Positions 36,401 to 48,000 of a stretch of DNA of 64,000 bases are shown here, one piece after another. The notes under the pieces are model-generated. The model saw only the letters and a list, made by a program, of their open reading frames with translations, was not told where the DNA came from and did not search any database. The DNA is taken from contig NIVC01003363.1 in assembly GCA_002269645.1 (NCBI GenBank), positions 3,868-67,867 of the forward strand, given 5' to 3'. This DNA comes from Macrostomum lignano. Taxonomy: Eukaryota. A program made the translations under genes and the position numbers. Positions within the stretch are counted from its first letter, which is position 1. Every line of letters begins with the position of its first letter.

Positions 36401-39400
36401 ACTCGGCTTTTCGTTTCTTAGAAAATCTTTTACAGGTGACTTCAGCGCCAGGGTTTACATTTTAAACATCAGATACTCGGCTTTTCGTTTCTTAGAAAAT
36501 CTTTTACAGGTGACTTCAGCGCCAAGGTTTACATTTTACACATCAGATACTCGGCTTTTCGTTTCTTAGAAAATATTTTACATGTGACTTCAGCGCCAAG
36601 GTTTACATTTTAAACATCAGATACTCGGCTTTTCGTTTCTTAGAAAATCTTTTACAGGAGACTTCAGCGCCAGGGTTTACATTTTACACATCAGATACTC
36701 GGCTTTTCGTTTCTTAGAAAATCTTTTACAGGTGACTTCAGCGCCAAGGTTTACATTTTACACATCAGATACTCGGCTTTTCGTTTCTTAGAAAATCTTT
36801 TACAGGTGACTTCAGCGCCAAGGTTACTTCCAGCGCTGAGGCAATTCTCCATTCCGCTGGCTCCTGAGCACATACAAACGCGACAATATTGTAAGCAGGC
36901 ACGCACTCATGCTGTACGACACGCTCACGCTCAATCAGGGTGTACAGTGGCCCCGACTTTCTTATAGCCGGGCGTGTACACTCTCTGTGCGACAACTTCC
37001 TCATGGGTTTACCGCTGAGCTGCTGTGCCCCAATCAAACAGGACAATGGACAAACAGGATAATTCAAATAGAGTTTAAGAATGACAGCTTACATTCTCTT
37101 TAATGTAGCTCCTGTCAGCCTCCGGAATGGTGAGCCACTGTTGGCCCAGCTGCATCCTGACTGAGCTATTCTTGGAGTACAGCTGGTTCTTGAGCTGCAG
37201 GCCGGCCTGCATCCTGACGAAGGTGGTGTTGTTAACATCGCGCAGGATCTCGGACAGCTGGCGTAGGAACTGCACCTAGAACAGGGAGGCCCACCGGGGT
37301 TTTATCCAGCTGCTAATGGCAGGATAATTAGCACGGCTGCACACACCAATAACTCACCAGATTCTGGTTGGCTGCATCTTGCAGAAAGTTGAGCGCAGTC
37401 TCGCGCTGGGCCTTGTCTACAACAGTGGTTGAATGAGAAACTTAGGAATTGCATACAAATTAAATGTAATTAGCCCATTGACCTTTTAATACAATTGAGA
37501 ACCATACAAGCAATTATTAGCAAATACTACTTACTACTTACCATGCCTGTATTATTGTTTTAATGTGTCTTGTTTTGCACACAAAAATGTAGGACCCTAA
37601 AGTTCTGGCATATAGATGGTACACACAGAGGCCAGAGCAATAGCAAAGAATTACTTTGACTACTCCTAACCATGGTATTAATAGACTAAAACTGAAAGAT
37701 TATCTACTTTCCTCTAAATTATCTTACAAACCAATAGTAGGAACCTTAGCGATATTTTGAAAGCCTATAAATGTTAAAAATTTCATTTTAAATATATATA
37801 TTTTTATTTTATACTCATGGATATTATAAGCAAAGACATAATAAGCCAAAAGTTATATATATTTAAAAAGAGAATTTTTTAAGTTTTCTAATTTTTCAAA
37901 TTTAGTCCTCTCATTAATTGCTTCATAAAGTATAGTCAAAATGATGAAATCAATTAAACATATCCAATTATACAAAAAATTCTAGCATTCAAATTAATGC
38001 TTATTAATCTTGATATACCATGTTGATATACCAAATTGATATTTCAAAATCGGCACATTATACCAACTTTGATTGACTAATACATAAACTTTAGAAAAGA
38101 GGTTTGCAAAACACAATTTAAATTTGTTTTGATTTTTTAAAATATTTTTTAATTCTTTTGCTTATATAGTTAACCATGCTAAATGTGGTCCAATTTGTTG
38201 CAGGGGTTGGTATCTTTGAACATGACAATCTATACTAGTTTTAGACATAATACTATTAACAAAGACATTGTTAAGTGGCTCCCCACCCTATTCTCATCCC
38301 TATCCTTATTTCCCAGTAGACAAATAGTTTTAAAAGAAAAAGGTTTTTTGTCCACTTAGCAAATGAGCTGTCAGCAGACAAAAGAACTAGAAACCTGTTC
38401 AACACAATGAGGTAATTCAAGTTGAAGTTACAACACAATTATGATACAATTTTTAGTAGCATTAGAATTCAGCTAATCAGTTTTTTCTCTAGCATTCTTG
38501 CAATGTATTTCAAGTCAACAAGTTTGCTTGGCCTTTGCAAAAAAGCATGTTTTTTTAATATTTATTCCCTTTAACATTGAGCAATTTCTTAGCCAAGACC
38601 AGGCGCTGCGGAACAAGTTTTTGCCAGGGGGGCAAGACCAAGTTTCCAAAACTTGGTCTTGGTCTTGGAAAGACCAAGTTTCCAAGCCCAGACCCTGTCT
38701 TGGACAATGACCAAAAATTTGAGCAAAATTATGCTATTGAATGGTATTTGAGGGGGCAATGCCCCCCTGCAACTCAATGTCAGGGGGGCAGCTGCCCCCC
38801 CCCTGCCCCCCCTGTTCTGTGGCGCCTGGCCAAGACACATGTACTATCATAGGAAAATTTTTAATTGAATGGTGCAAGTTTGAAGAATTTTAGGTGGGGT
38901 CAAGGCCAAACCTATCTATATGTAAACTGCCTTTTATGCAATATTAAGGTGCCTAACACTGCCAATAAGGTAGAGTTTATCTATTATTAGGCTCTGTGAT
39001 GACATGCTATCCAATATACCCTGCTTTGTGACTTTGCTTGCAAGGCTATATAATTTTTGGTTGTTGTTGTTATTATTTAAAATATTGGTTAAGCCATTTT
39101 TTTAAGCCATTTTGACCCTCTTATTATCTTAGTGCCTTGGCCATTATTGTTGTAAATTTAAAAAGCTGCTTTCTTATCTTGGTTCTTAGTTGGATCCAAA
39201 AACTGAGCTTATAGGCCTAATGTCAAATCTATAAATAGTAAGTGCAATTTTAATTAAGTTATAAATGTATTATAAAATTATCTGGCACAAACATATTACT
39301 ACCTTCCCTTTGCCATTTTAGACTTTAAAGCTTATAAGCCTAAAAATACAGAAATAAAAAACAATGTCAATGAATAAAATGTAGAAATATACAAACTCTA

Positions 39401-40838
39401 AGAAAATATGCCAATGGCATTCAAAAGGTAGCCTGCCATGGGTACCAGTTGTTTTGGTGAGATGTTTTACTGATAAATAGTTGTTTTGGTAACAAGTTGC
39501 TTTTGTTACAGACATACTTCATTTTTGATACAAACTGAAATAATTTATAAGTATAGTCATTTTAGTGACAGGAGGTGCTTTATAATATCAGCTTGTAATT
39601 ATTTGGTTGAGATTTATGTTTTGTTCATATTTGAAAATTTCTATTGAAAGATTAGTATATACGAAAAAAATCAAACTAATTATATGGTTTTTTTTCTATG
39701 CAGATTGTTTTGAATTGCCCCAGAATATTTAGACATATAGACCATAAACCTAGAGAATCCTCATGAAATTCTGACTATAGGAAAAACAGATATATTGAAA
39801 CAGAGAAAACAGGTGCATGCCCAAACAAAAATCAATAGTTACAAATGCATGATGAAAAAAAGTATCAGTGCATGCCTATTCTTAAAACTCCGCCAATGTT
39901 GCAACAATAAATGACCCTTTTTATGAATTATATTGTGACAAAAAATGACCTTTTTTCTTTTCATTGCATAATAGACCCTTTTTGACAAATAATTTTGGTT
40001 AATTTTTCTACTTTTTAGGCAATACTATTTATAGTAGAAAATTGATACACACAAAGGTTTGTTTAAATGCCTTTTTACGAGCCTAGAAACCCATAAAGAA
40101 GGAAATTAATGCTTAAAAATGAACTTTTTTTACCTTTTTGTCTATTTCACAATAACTCTTCTGCATGATTCAATAAAGTGCATGCCAGGTATATTTTTTA
40201 GGAATGATGTACAGTACACCAACTGTGCATGTCTACTTTTGGCATGCAAGGCCCATGCATGCCCAAATTTTTGGGCATATACTACATGATCTAGAATGTG
40301 GATTCACTAGACACAATAGGAATTAGATTGGAAACATAAATTCAATAGATTGCAACTCTGGAATTGTAAATAAACAAATTAAACAAAGCAATACTCTACC
40401 ATTACAGAATATAATTAAAAAAGTTAAGGTTTAATATCTTTTAAGATTTGCAAGGTAATTTACTATTTAAAAACAAAATGGACATCACCAAAGTATATTT
40501 TTCTTGTCACCAAATTGGCTTTTGCTTGTCACTAAAATTACTGTCGCCAAAATGTCTTGTCACTGAAACAACTGTAATCCACCTGCCAATCTGCCATATA
40601 CCTATAAACAAAAAAGCTATAGGCCTAACCAGTCTTATTTTTTCATTGAATAATAGGACCTAGTACTAGTACTAGTAGGCTTAGCCTAGCTAAGATATAC
40701 TGTTCAACAAATAATTACTTAGTCTTATTCTAGGTCAACTAGTAAGTGTAGCTCTAGTATAGTTATAAGAAAGTAAAAATCAACAAACTTATTCTTACCT
40801 TGAGAAAGTGAGTTTTCTAGAACAGTGACAATGCTCAT
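27427..40838 (-). CDS. KPNB1: Importin beta-1, arm-2 copy; exons 1-9 present, last two exons absent (gap)
   Basis: ATG at 40838 (exon 1 40838-40799). Exons mirror arm 1 down to 27427. Apparent frameshift in the poly-Q stretch near 27590-27610, close to the low-quality contig end. Confidence 0.92.
28629..28870. mobile_element. MITE-like element (arm-2 copy of 19591-19831)
   Basis: Mirror copy with the same imperfect TIRs. Confidence 0.55.
29139..29450. repeat. 30-bp minisatellite (arm 2)
   Basis: Mirror of 19010-19323. Confidence 0.93.
29835..32035. repeat. 40-bp minisatellite (arm 2)
   Basis: Mirror of 16620-18626, with a somewhat different length and variant order. Confidence 0.93.
32500..32975. 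repeat. 25-bp minisatellite (arm 2)
   Basis: Mirror of 15678-16155. Confidence 0.93.
33760..34170. repeat. 21/22-bp minisatellite (arm 2)
   Basis: Mirror of 14487-14905. Confidence 0.92.
35790..36825. repeat. 74-bp satellite (arm 2), about 14 units
   Basis: Mirror of 11759-12870. Confidence 0.93.
38600..38828. mobile_element. hAT-type MITE (arm-2 copy)
   Basis: CAGGCGC...GCGCCTG with TSD GCCAAGAC (38592-38599, 38829-38836). Confidence 0.75.
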
Positions 40839-42064
40839 GCCTGGGCTGGTCTGTTTTTTGAGATATTTAATTACTATAGGGCCTAAATATAGAATATCTT
40901 TTAAGTATAAATCGAACTTTCCAACCAAAAAAAAAATATTAAATATAATCTAACTAGATGATTCGAAATATATTTTAGCTAGCGAAGAATATTTCTATCC
41001 AGATTGAAAACTAAACTGGAGGAAAAATTTACCCAGCAGCCTTTTAAAAGAAACTTAGAAACCAAGTTGAGGATTGATACTGACAGGCCTAAATAAACTA
41101 CAAATAATTTGGAAGGTAATAACCGAATAACGGCTACTAACAGCTAGCAAGAGAACGTGGGTATAGTCGGTTGACAGCTATGGGGCCAGCGACAAAATAG
41201 ATGGTTAACGTGCGCAACTTGAGTGACATTTTAAGGGCGACGATCATTTACGATCGGGTGGTCCAATAAATGCAAATATTTTAAAGCTTTTAGTGAAGAA
41301 CTACGACTTTTAATAAAACGTTTTTACTATGCTAATTTCAAAGCTTTGAAAAAATTGTGCGAAAAAATAAAAAACAAAAATATTTGTTTAAAACAACATA
41401 GAATTTAATTTCTTTATTTTCAAAGAACACTTCCGAGCTTTACTGAAATCTGGCTGGCGCGGTGGGTGTGAAAATGTGGAACTTTTTTTTCATTATTCAT
41501 TATTCATTATTCATTATTCATTATTCATTATTGTATGCTTTATTCGGTTAGGCCTACTGGTCAGATCGGTGACAAGTTCAGATGCTTCCGTGTCTAATTT
41601 TGTCAGTCGGTGACAGCGTCAGCCTCATTCGAATCGGTGACATCACTGTCTGTTTGTAATGCAAACTGTCTATAAACTTCTTGTAAAAGATCAATAATTC
41701 TTAGTATATGGATGGATACCATTACCAATGTAGGCGTAGGTTATTAAAATAATGATAAATAAATGTGTATCAATGTTTTTTTCCACAGTCCCACGCCAAT
41801 AACAAAAATGTCACCATGGCACTGTCCTGTGTAATTGGTGTCTGTCATGTCAATGATATGATACCTGCTTATTTCCACGGCAGTTTGTGGAATTTTGGTT
41901 GTAGTAATTGATGCAAACCCAAGTTACTTTGCTGAATAAGACTTCTGCCCCAACTTGTGCATTGATTTAAGCATGTGAGGCAGTGCAGGCTTATATAGGG
42001 CCTAGTTCATTAAAAAAATAATTGAAATACTTATATATATATATATAAAAAAATAATTGAAATA

Positions 42065-42104
<40 letters not shown>

Positions 42105-42110
<6 letters not shown>

Positions 42111-43069
42111 ATCCCCCTTCCTCGCTGGCACGGCCGGGTTGGGCGACGGGTAGCGGTGTCGGGGTTCGGGTACTAGACTGCCCAGGGCTTACGAGCTCGA
42201 TCGGCGACCCCGAGGCGTACGGACACTTCGGGGGGAGGTCAAGGTTGAGAAGTCGAGAGAGAGGGGAGGGGCGGCTGTGGGCGGGCGGCCACTCGACAGC
42301 CTGGTGAGTCAAGGAAGAGAGAGAGGGCTGCGGGCGGTCGGCCACTCGACAGCCTGGTGAGTCAAGGAAAAGAGAGAGGGCTGTGGGCGGGCGGCCACTC
42401 GACAGCCTGGTGAGTCAAGGAAGAGAGAGAGGGCTGCGGGCGGTCGGCCACTCGACAGCCTGGTGAGTCAAGGAAAAGAGAGAGTGAGAGAGAGAGAGAG
42501 ATCAGGAGAGCGACCCCGAGGAACACAGGCAATTGTCTCGACAGCTTACCGGGCCGGGTCGATTATAGCACTCATACACGGGAAGGCCGATCGATTGCAA
42601 TAAATTGAGTCTTCGCAGTAAGAGACCGTCTCTACGGTTGATCGCTGGTCACGTTCGTTTATTTATCGCGGTGGGCGCAAATGGGCGCAGGCACGGTGAG
42701 AAAAGGGGCGGGGTCTGAGCGTCGCCTTAAATAACGAGTAAAAAGGGGCAGGGGCGCAAACAAGGGGGGGAGAAAGGGCTTAAACAATGGAGCTGATTGA
42801 CAGCTGATTGGCTGCGGCGAGGGGAGGGTGGAAGCGCGCACGGCCAGGGAGAGGGAGAGAGAGCAGAGGCCCAGCCAATCAGCACGGCTAGCCAAAGGGC
42901 TAAACAGCCAAGGCGAGAGAGAGAGAGAAAGAGAGCAGAGGCTCAGCCAAAGGGCTCATAGCTCCAGACTGGCTTGAGCCGGGGGGGGGGTAACAATAAT
43001 CAACTACCAAAGTCAACAACTATCAAAGTGCACTTGCACCAGGGGAGCACTGTGACACAGGTCACAACA
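42105..43069 (-). repeat. 3' LTR
   Basis: TG...CA termini. Minus-strand TATTTAAG (42733-42726) and AATAAA (42663-42658). Four internal units of about 43 bp around 42275-42475. Confidence 0.95.
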
Positions 43070-43088
43070 CCCTCCCCCCTAAAAAAAA
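43070..43088 (-). promoter_or_regulatory. Polypurine tract preceded by a T-tract
   Basis: Minus strand reads T8 followed by an A/G-only tract that abuts the 3' LTR. Confidence 0.85.
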
Positions 43089-43185
43089 GAAAACGACGCG
43101 CTTTGACTGAATGAAAATGAAAAAAAAATGTAATGAAATGAAACTGAATGAAAGAGACCAAGAGTGTCAGGCAGCGGCCGAGAGC

Positions 43186-43633
43186 GCAGGACAGGGGCCG
43201 AGGATGTCGGACAGGCCGAGAACACCGGGCACGGCCGAGAATGCCGGACTGTGGCCGAAAACGCCGGGCATGGCCGAGAATGCCGGACAGCGACCGAGAA
43301 TGCCGGGCAGCGGCCGAGAACGCCTGGCATGGCCGAGAATGCCGGACAGCGGCCGCGAATGCCGGGCAGCGACCGAGAACGCCGGGCATGGCCGAGAACG
43401 CCGGGCATGGCCGAGAGTGCCGGACAGCGGCCGAGAATGCCGGGCAGCGGCCGAGAATGCCGGGCAGCGACCGAGAACGCCGGGCATGGCCGAGAGTGCC
43501 GGACAGCGGCCGAGAATGCCGGGCAGCGGCCGAGAATGCCGGGCATGGCCGAGAACGCCGGGCATGGCCGAGAGTGCCGGACAGCGGCCGAGAATGCCGG
43601 GCAGCGGCCGAGAGCGCCGGGCATGGCCGAGAG
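43186..43633. repeat. GC-rich 19/20-bp minisatellite inside the retrotransposon 3' region
   Basis: Interleaved units GGCCGAGAATGCCGG(G/A)CAGC and GGCCGAGAACGCCGGGCAT. Confidence 0.92.
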
Positions 43634-43765
43634 TGTTCCCCGCCCTTCCTTCGGGGCCGCTCCCAGTGCCAAACAGAGGGATCACAACGACGATCAGAGG
43701 AGAGATGGGATGAAATGAAGGAGTGAAGGTCTCTTGCCCGCCCTGGCATCCTGCCCCAGAACCCC

Positions 43766-44647
43766 CTAGACCGCCACCTCCGCCGCCCGGCGCAACAACC
43801 CCAACACGCGTCCTCCGTCGATTAGTTCAAACTGAGGGATCGCAACACTCATGACGAACCGAGTGCTTCGCTTGAAGGCAGGCCGCCGCCAGACACGCCG
43901 AGCATGACCCCGACACTTGGCGCTGATGTCACGGAGAATGAACTTGACAGTCTGAGCCAAAAGCTCGGCGATTTCGCGTCGATGATCCAGCCGCTCGCTG
44001 CCGCACAGTCCCACCATTTCAGTCAAAAGCCGGAACATCGCAGCTGGACTCCCCGACAACAAAGCGTGCCGAAGCTCCGACCGGATTCGAGCTCTTCGCT
44101 GCGTTGCCTCCCCGCTCCAGGTGTATTCCACCTCGGTACTCGGCTCGCTCCTCATCAGCCACGCTGGCGACTCCCGTTGGTCGATGACGAGCTCCGGTTC
44201 GTCTTCTGACATCGAAGTTTCGCCGTCGGATTCATTCAAGAGCTCTTCTTCCTCTGACTGCGTGATTTCACAGCAGCTCTGAGCAGTCTCCTCGCCGCCG
44301 CAACCACCACGCTCGCTTCCTTCCGACTCCCTGTCCTCGTCTGACTCTTCTGTTTCGTCTTCAATCGTTACGACAAACTCCTCCGGGACGCACATCCCAT
44401 CCGGCGGGACAAAATACCGGGCGCACTCGAGCGGGTTGCTAACGGCATCCTGCCCGAACCGGTCGTACAGCGCTCGTCGAAACGGACACAGCAGGACCGC
44501 ACTCGCATGCTGCAGCCTCTGGAAATTCTCCGTTCCACCGGGTCCACACTTGTCGGGGTGCCGTCGCAGGCTCTCACGGCGGTACGCACGTCGCAGCTCC
44601 TCCTCCGTCGCGAAGGGGCTGACACCAAACTCGGCGTAGAGGTCCAT
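43766..44647 (-). CDS. Retrotransposon ORF3: N-terminal DnaJ/Hsp40 J-domain, acidic linker, unknown C-terminal domain (293 aa from ATG 44647)
   Basis: MDLYAEFGV..ATEEELRRAYRRESLRRHPDK..ENFQRLQHASAVL..RRALYDRFG fits J-domain helices I-IV with the HPD motif. Intronless and open to TAG at 43766. Confidence 0.85.
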   Translation of the reverse strand: MDLYAEFGVSPFATEEELRRAYRRESLRRHPDKCGPGGTENFQRLQHASAVLLCPFRRALYDRFGQDAVSNPLECARYFVPPDGMCVPEEFVVTIEDETEESDEDRESEGSERGGCGGEETAQSCCEITQSEEEELLNESDGETSMSEDEPELVIDQRESPAWLMRSEPSTEVEYTWSGEATQRRARIRSELRHALLSGSPAAMFRLLTEMVGLCGSERLDHRREIAELLAQTVKFILRDISAKCRGHARRVWRRPAFKRSTRFVMSVAIPQFELIDGGRVLGLLRRAAEVAV

Positions 44648-44849
44648 GCCCGGAAAGCAGTGCCTGCAACAACCACGACTCACTTTTGAGAGCAGGGCAA
44701 TGGTTCCTTCGAGCCTCTTTGGGGCGCCGATCCTTCATCCCTGATGGCAGGGTTGGGCAGGTGGGACCTCCACTGACGGGCCTTAAGAGGGGAAATATAT
44801 ATTTTTGTTTGTGAAGCAGAGGCAATAACACGAGCCCAGTTTTCAATAA

Positions 44850-45045
44850 CGCGGGTGATGACGCAGACGATGCTTCGAACCAAATGTTGATGACGCAGGT
44901 GATGACGCGGATGATGCTTCGAACCAAATGTTGATGACGCAGGTGATGACGCGGATGATGCTTCGAACCAAATGTTGATGACGCAGGTGATGACGCGGAT
45001 GATGCTTCGAACCAATTATTTATGACGCAGGAGATGACGCGACAT
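44850..45045. repeat. 44-bp tandem repeat (about 3 units) rich in ATGACGC, between pol and ORF3
   Basis: Unit GCTTCGAACCAAATGTTGATGACGCAGGTGATGACGCGGATGAT. About 9 ATGACGC motifs including the flanks. Confidence 0.88.
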
Positions 45046-45068
45046 TGCGCACGCACTCACGTCCGCTC

Positions 45069-48000
45069 TTAATAATAAACGGGCGTTCCATAACGCTGCG
45101 GAACCCTTCGATCCCTCTGGGGTCGACCTTCGATGACTTCAACTGGCGCTTCCGGCTGCGGCTGCACTCCTGGCTGCTGCACATCCATTGGTTCTCCCTC
45201 CTCTCGAACCCGCCCGGAATGTCGCCACCATCGCTCCTCATCCTCATCGTCCGATTCCTGCGAGTCCTCCCTGACGGATTCCGTCTCTTGAGCAGGACCT
45301 GGGTGGTACCTCCTTGGTGCAGGACGCCGAGGGCCACCGGTGCCGTCGACCGGGTACTTCCGGTACCGAGGCAGGAGGTTGTTAAAGTGCACCACCTTGA
45401 TCGGCTTCCGTCGACCTTCCTGTCGAATCCTATAGCGCGTCTCCGACAGCTTCTCGAGAACTACGGCAGGTCCGGTCCAGGGTGAGTGGAGCTTCGCTTT
45501 GGCACCGGCCTTCAACACGGGGTTGTAGACGAACACCTCGTCGCCAGCCACGAATTCTCGACCCTTCACCTTCCGGTCGTACCAGTCTTTCTGCACTCGT
45601 TGATATGACGTTATTCTCTCACGCACCACCCGATGGGCTTCCACGAGCGTCTCCCGCAGGTTCTGGACTTCCTCGCAGTACGGTTCGATGTCCAGTGGGC
45701 GCGCCACTCCCAAGTCAACTGGCAGAGACATCTCGCGACCATGCAGAAGGAAGAAGGGTGAGTAGCCGGTGCCGCGGTGCACACTGGAGCGATACGCCAT
45801 GAGCGCCGGGGCAACGAATTCGTCCCACCGCCTCTGATCCGGCTCCTTCACCAGGTGCGCCCGGATCACTGCAGTCAGCGTCTTATTGAAGCTTTCCACT
45901 TGGCCGTTTCCAGAGGGGTGATAGGCGGTCGTACGCGTCTTTCGGATATTCAGACTTTCGCACAGCTGGCCGATCAATTGCGACTCGAAATTGGCTCCCT
46001 GATCCGAGTGGATTGTTCCTGGGGCTCCGTAGTGACAGACCCACTCCTCGAGCATTGCCCTTGCACAGGTGCTGGCCGTCTGATCTGGCACCGGTACTGC
46101 CACTGGCCACTTACTGAACGCGTCCTGCATCGTCAGTATGTATTTGTTGCCTCGGACGCTGGTTGGCAGTGGTCCAATCAAATCCACCATCACTCTTTCA
46201 AACACATGGCTGCTGGGAATCGGCTCCAATGGGGCCTTCCGCCGCATCCCGGGCTTGCTCCGGTTACAGTCGTCACACCTTCGCACAAACTCCTCGACCT
46301 CTCGCTTCAAGCCGGGTCTCCAGAATCGGTTCCTGACTTTCTCCAGAGTCTTTGCTACGCCGAAGTGTCCACCTCCTGGTCCAGAGTGCAGCGTCTGCAG
46401 AGCGTCGGGGATCAATTTCTTCGGGAGAACAGCCCGCGGTGGGTGACGTCCCAGATCCTTGATGACGAGGGTGTTGTCCACAATTTCCAGCCGAGGCTTT
46501 TGTGCCCAGATGGCTCGGGTCGTTGGTGACGCACCCCGAGGTGGCTCTTCGTTTGCTCGGCCGGCGTGCATCGACTGGTAAACTGGAGCGATGTCGTTGT
46601 CCACAGCTTGTGCTGCTGCCAGCTCATCTCGGCTGAGCAACCCGAGCAGCGTCGTTACCCTGACCCCGGGGAGGTCATCAGTCCGGCACGACGGGCAGTT
46701 ATCCATTTCGGGATGTCGTCGCGTCGGCTTGCGTGACAGCGCGTCCGCATTCTGATGACGCGCCCCTGGCCGATGCTCCACTGCGAAGTCGAATGGCGCC
46801 AACCTCTCCATCCACCGAGCCAACTGGCCTTCCGGCTGCCTCATACTTCGGAGCCACTGCAGACTTGCGTGGTCGGTGCGCACCCGGAACCTCCGGCCAA
46901 GTAGATAGTACCGGAACCTCTCTGCGAATGTCACCAGCGCCAGGAGCTCGATTCGTGTCGTGCAATAGTTGAATTCGGCCCCTTGCAGACGCCGACTCCC
47001 GTACGCAATAACCCGCTCTGACCCGTCTTCTTGTACCTGCGACAAGACTGCTCCGAGACCCTGTCGGGTACTTCCATCGGTATCCAAGATGAACTCACCA
47101 GCCGTGGGGTCGAAGTTCGGGTAGGCCATCACGCGGCAACCGGTCAATTCTTCTTTCAGCTTTTTGAAGGCCTCATCGTGTTCCTCTCTCCAACTGAACG
47201 GCTTGTCTTTCTTTGTCAGATCAAAAAGTGGTGCAGCGACTATCGAGAATTCTGGTATGAAGTTTCGGTAGTAACCAGCCAGACCCAGGAACGACTGAAG
47301 GTCTTTTGCATTTCTTGGAATGCTCCAGTCACGGACTTCCTTGATCTTCTCCGGGTCGACATCGATTCCGTCCTTTGACACGACGTGGCCAAGGAATTTG
47401 ACCTCATCGGCCAGGAATCTGCACTTAGATGGCTTTAGCCTCAAGTTGGCTGCGCGCAGGCGCTGGAATACCGCCTCGAGATTCGTTAGATGCTCGCTGA
47501 CAGTTCGGGACCAAATGATGATATCGTCGATGTAGACGAGCGCCATTTTCCACAGAAGGTCGTGTAGTACCATATTCATCAACCTTGTGAATGTCGCCGG
47601 CGCATTGGTCAATCCGAAGGGCAGCACCTTGAACGCGAATTGCCCCCGATGCGGAATGACAAAAGCAGTCTTTTCTTGATCCTCCCTTTTGACCTTAACT
47701 TGCCAATAGCCGGAGCAAAGGTCGAGCGTCGAAAATACAGCCGCACCTCCGAGCGCTTCAAGTGCGTCATCGACACGCGGGATTGCTATGGCGTCCTTGA
47801 CAGTTCGTTGATTCAACTCTCTGTAGTCGACACACAGTCGCAGTTCCCCATTCTTCTTACGGACACAGACCACTGGCGAACTCCACGGCGATTGGGTCGG
47901 TTCAATCATCTTCGTTGCCAAAAGCTCGTCGATTTGTCGGTCGACTTCGCCGCGCCAATGTGGCGGTAGCCGTCGCGGAGGCTGTTTTACGGCTGTTCCG

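Noticed and set aside
2790-36830. Dozens of ORFs with periodic sequences (MDYPHAP..., LGQPPRSS..., DPGYSIG..., SSDWDTSP...)
   Set aside because: They are translations of intronic or intergenic minisatellites, open by chance, and lie inside KPNB1 introns or between genes.
43766-44647. ORF3 as env or as a polyomavirus T-antigen fragment
   Set aside because: No signal peptide, furin site or TM segment for env. No LxCxE motif after the J-domain, and no origin-binding or helicase domain for T antigen.
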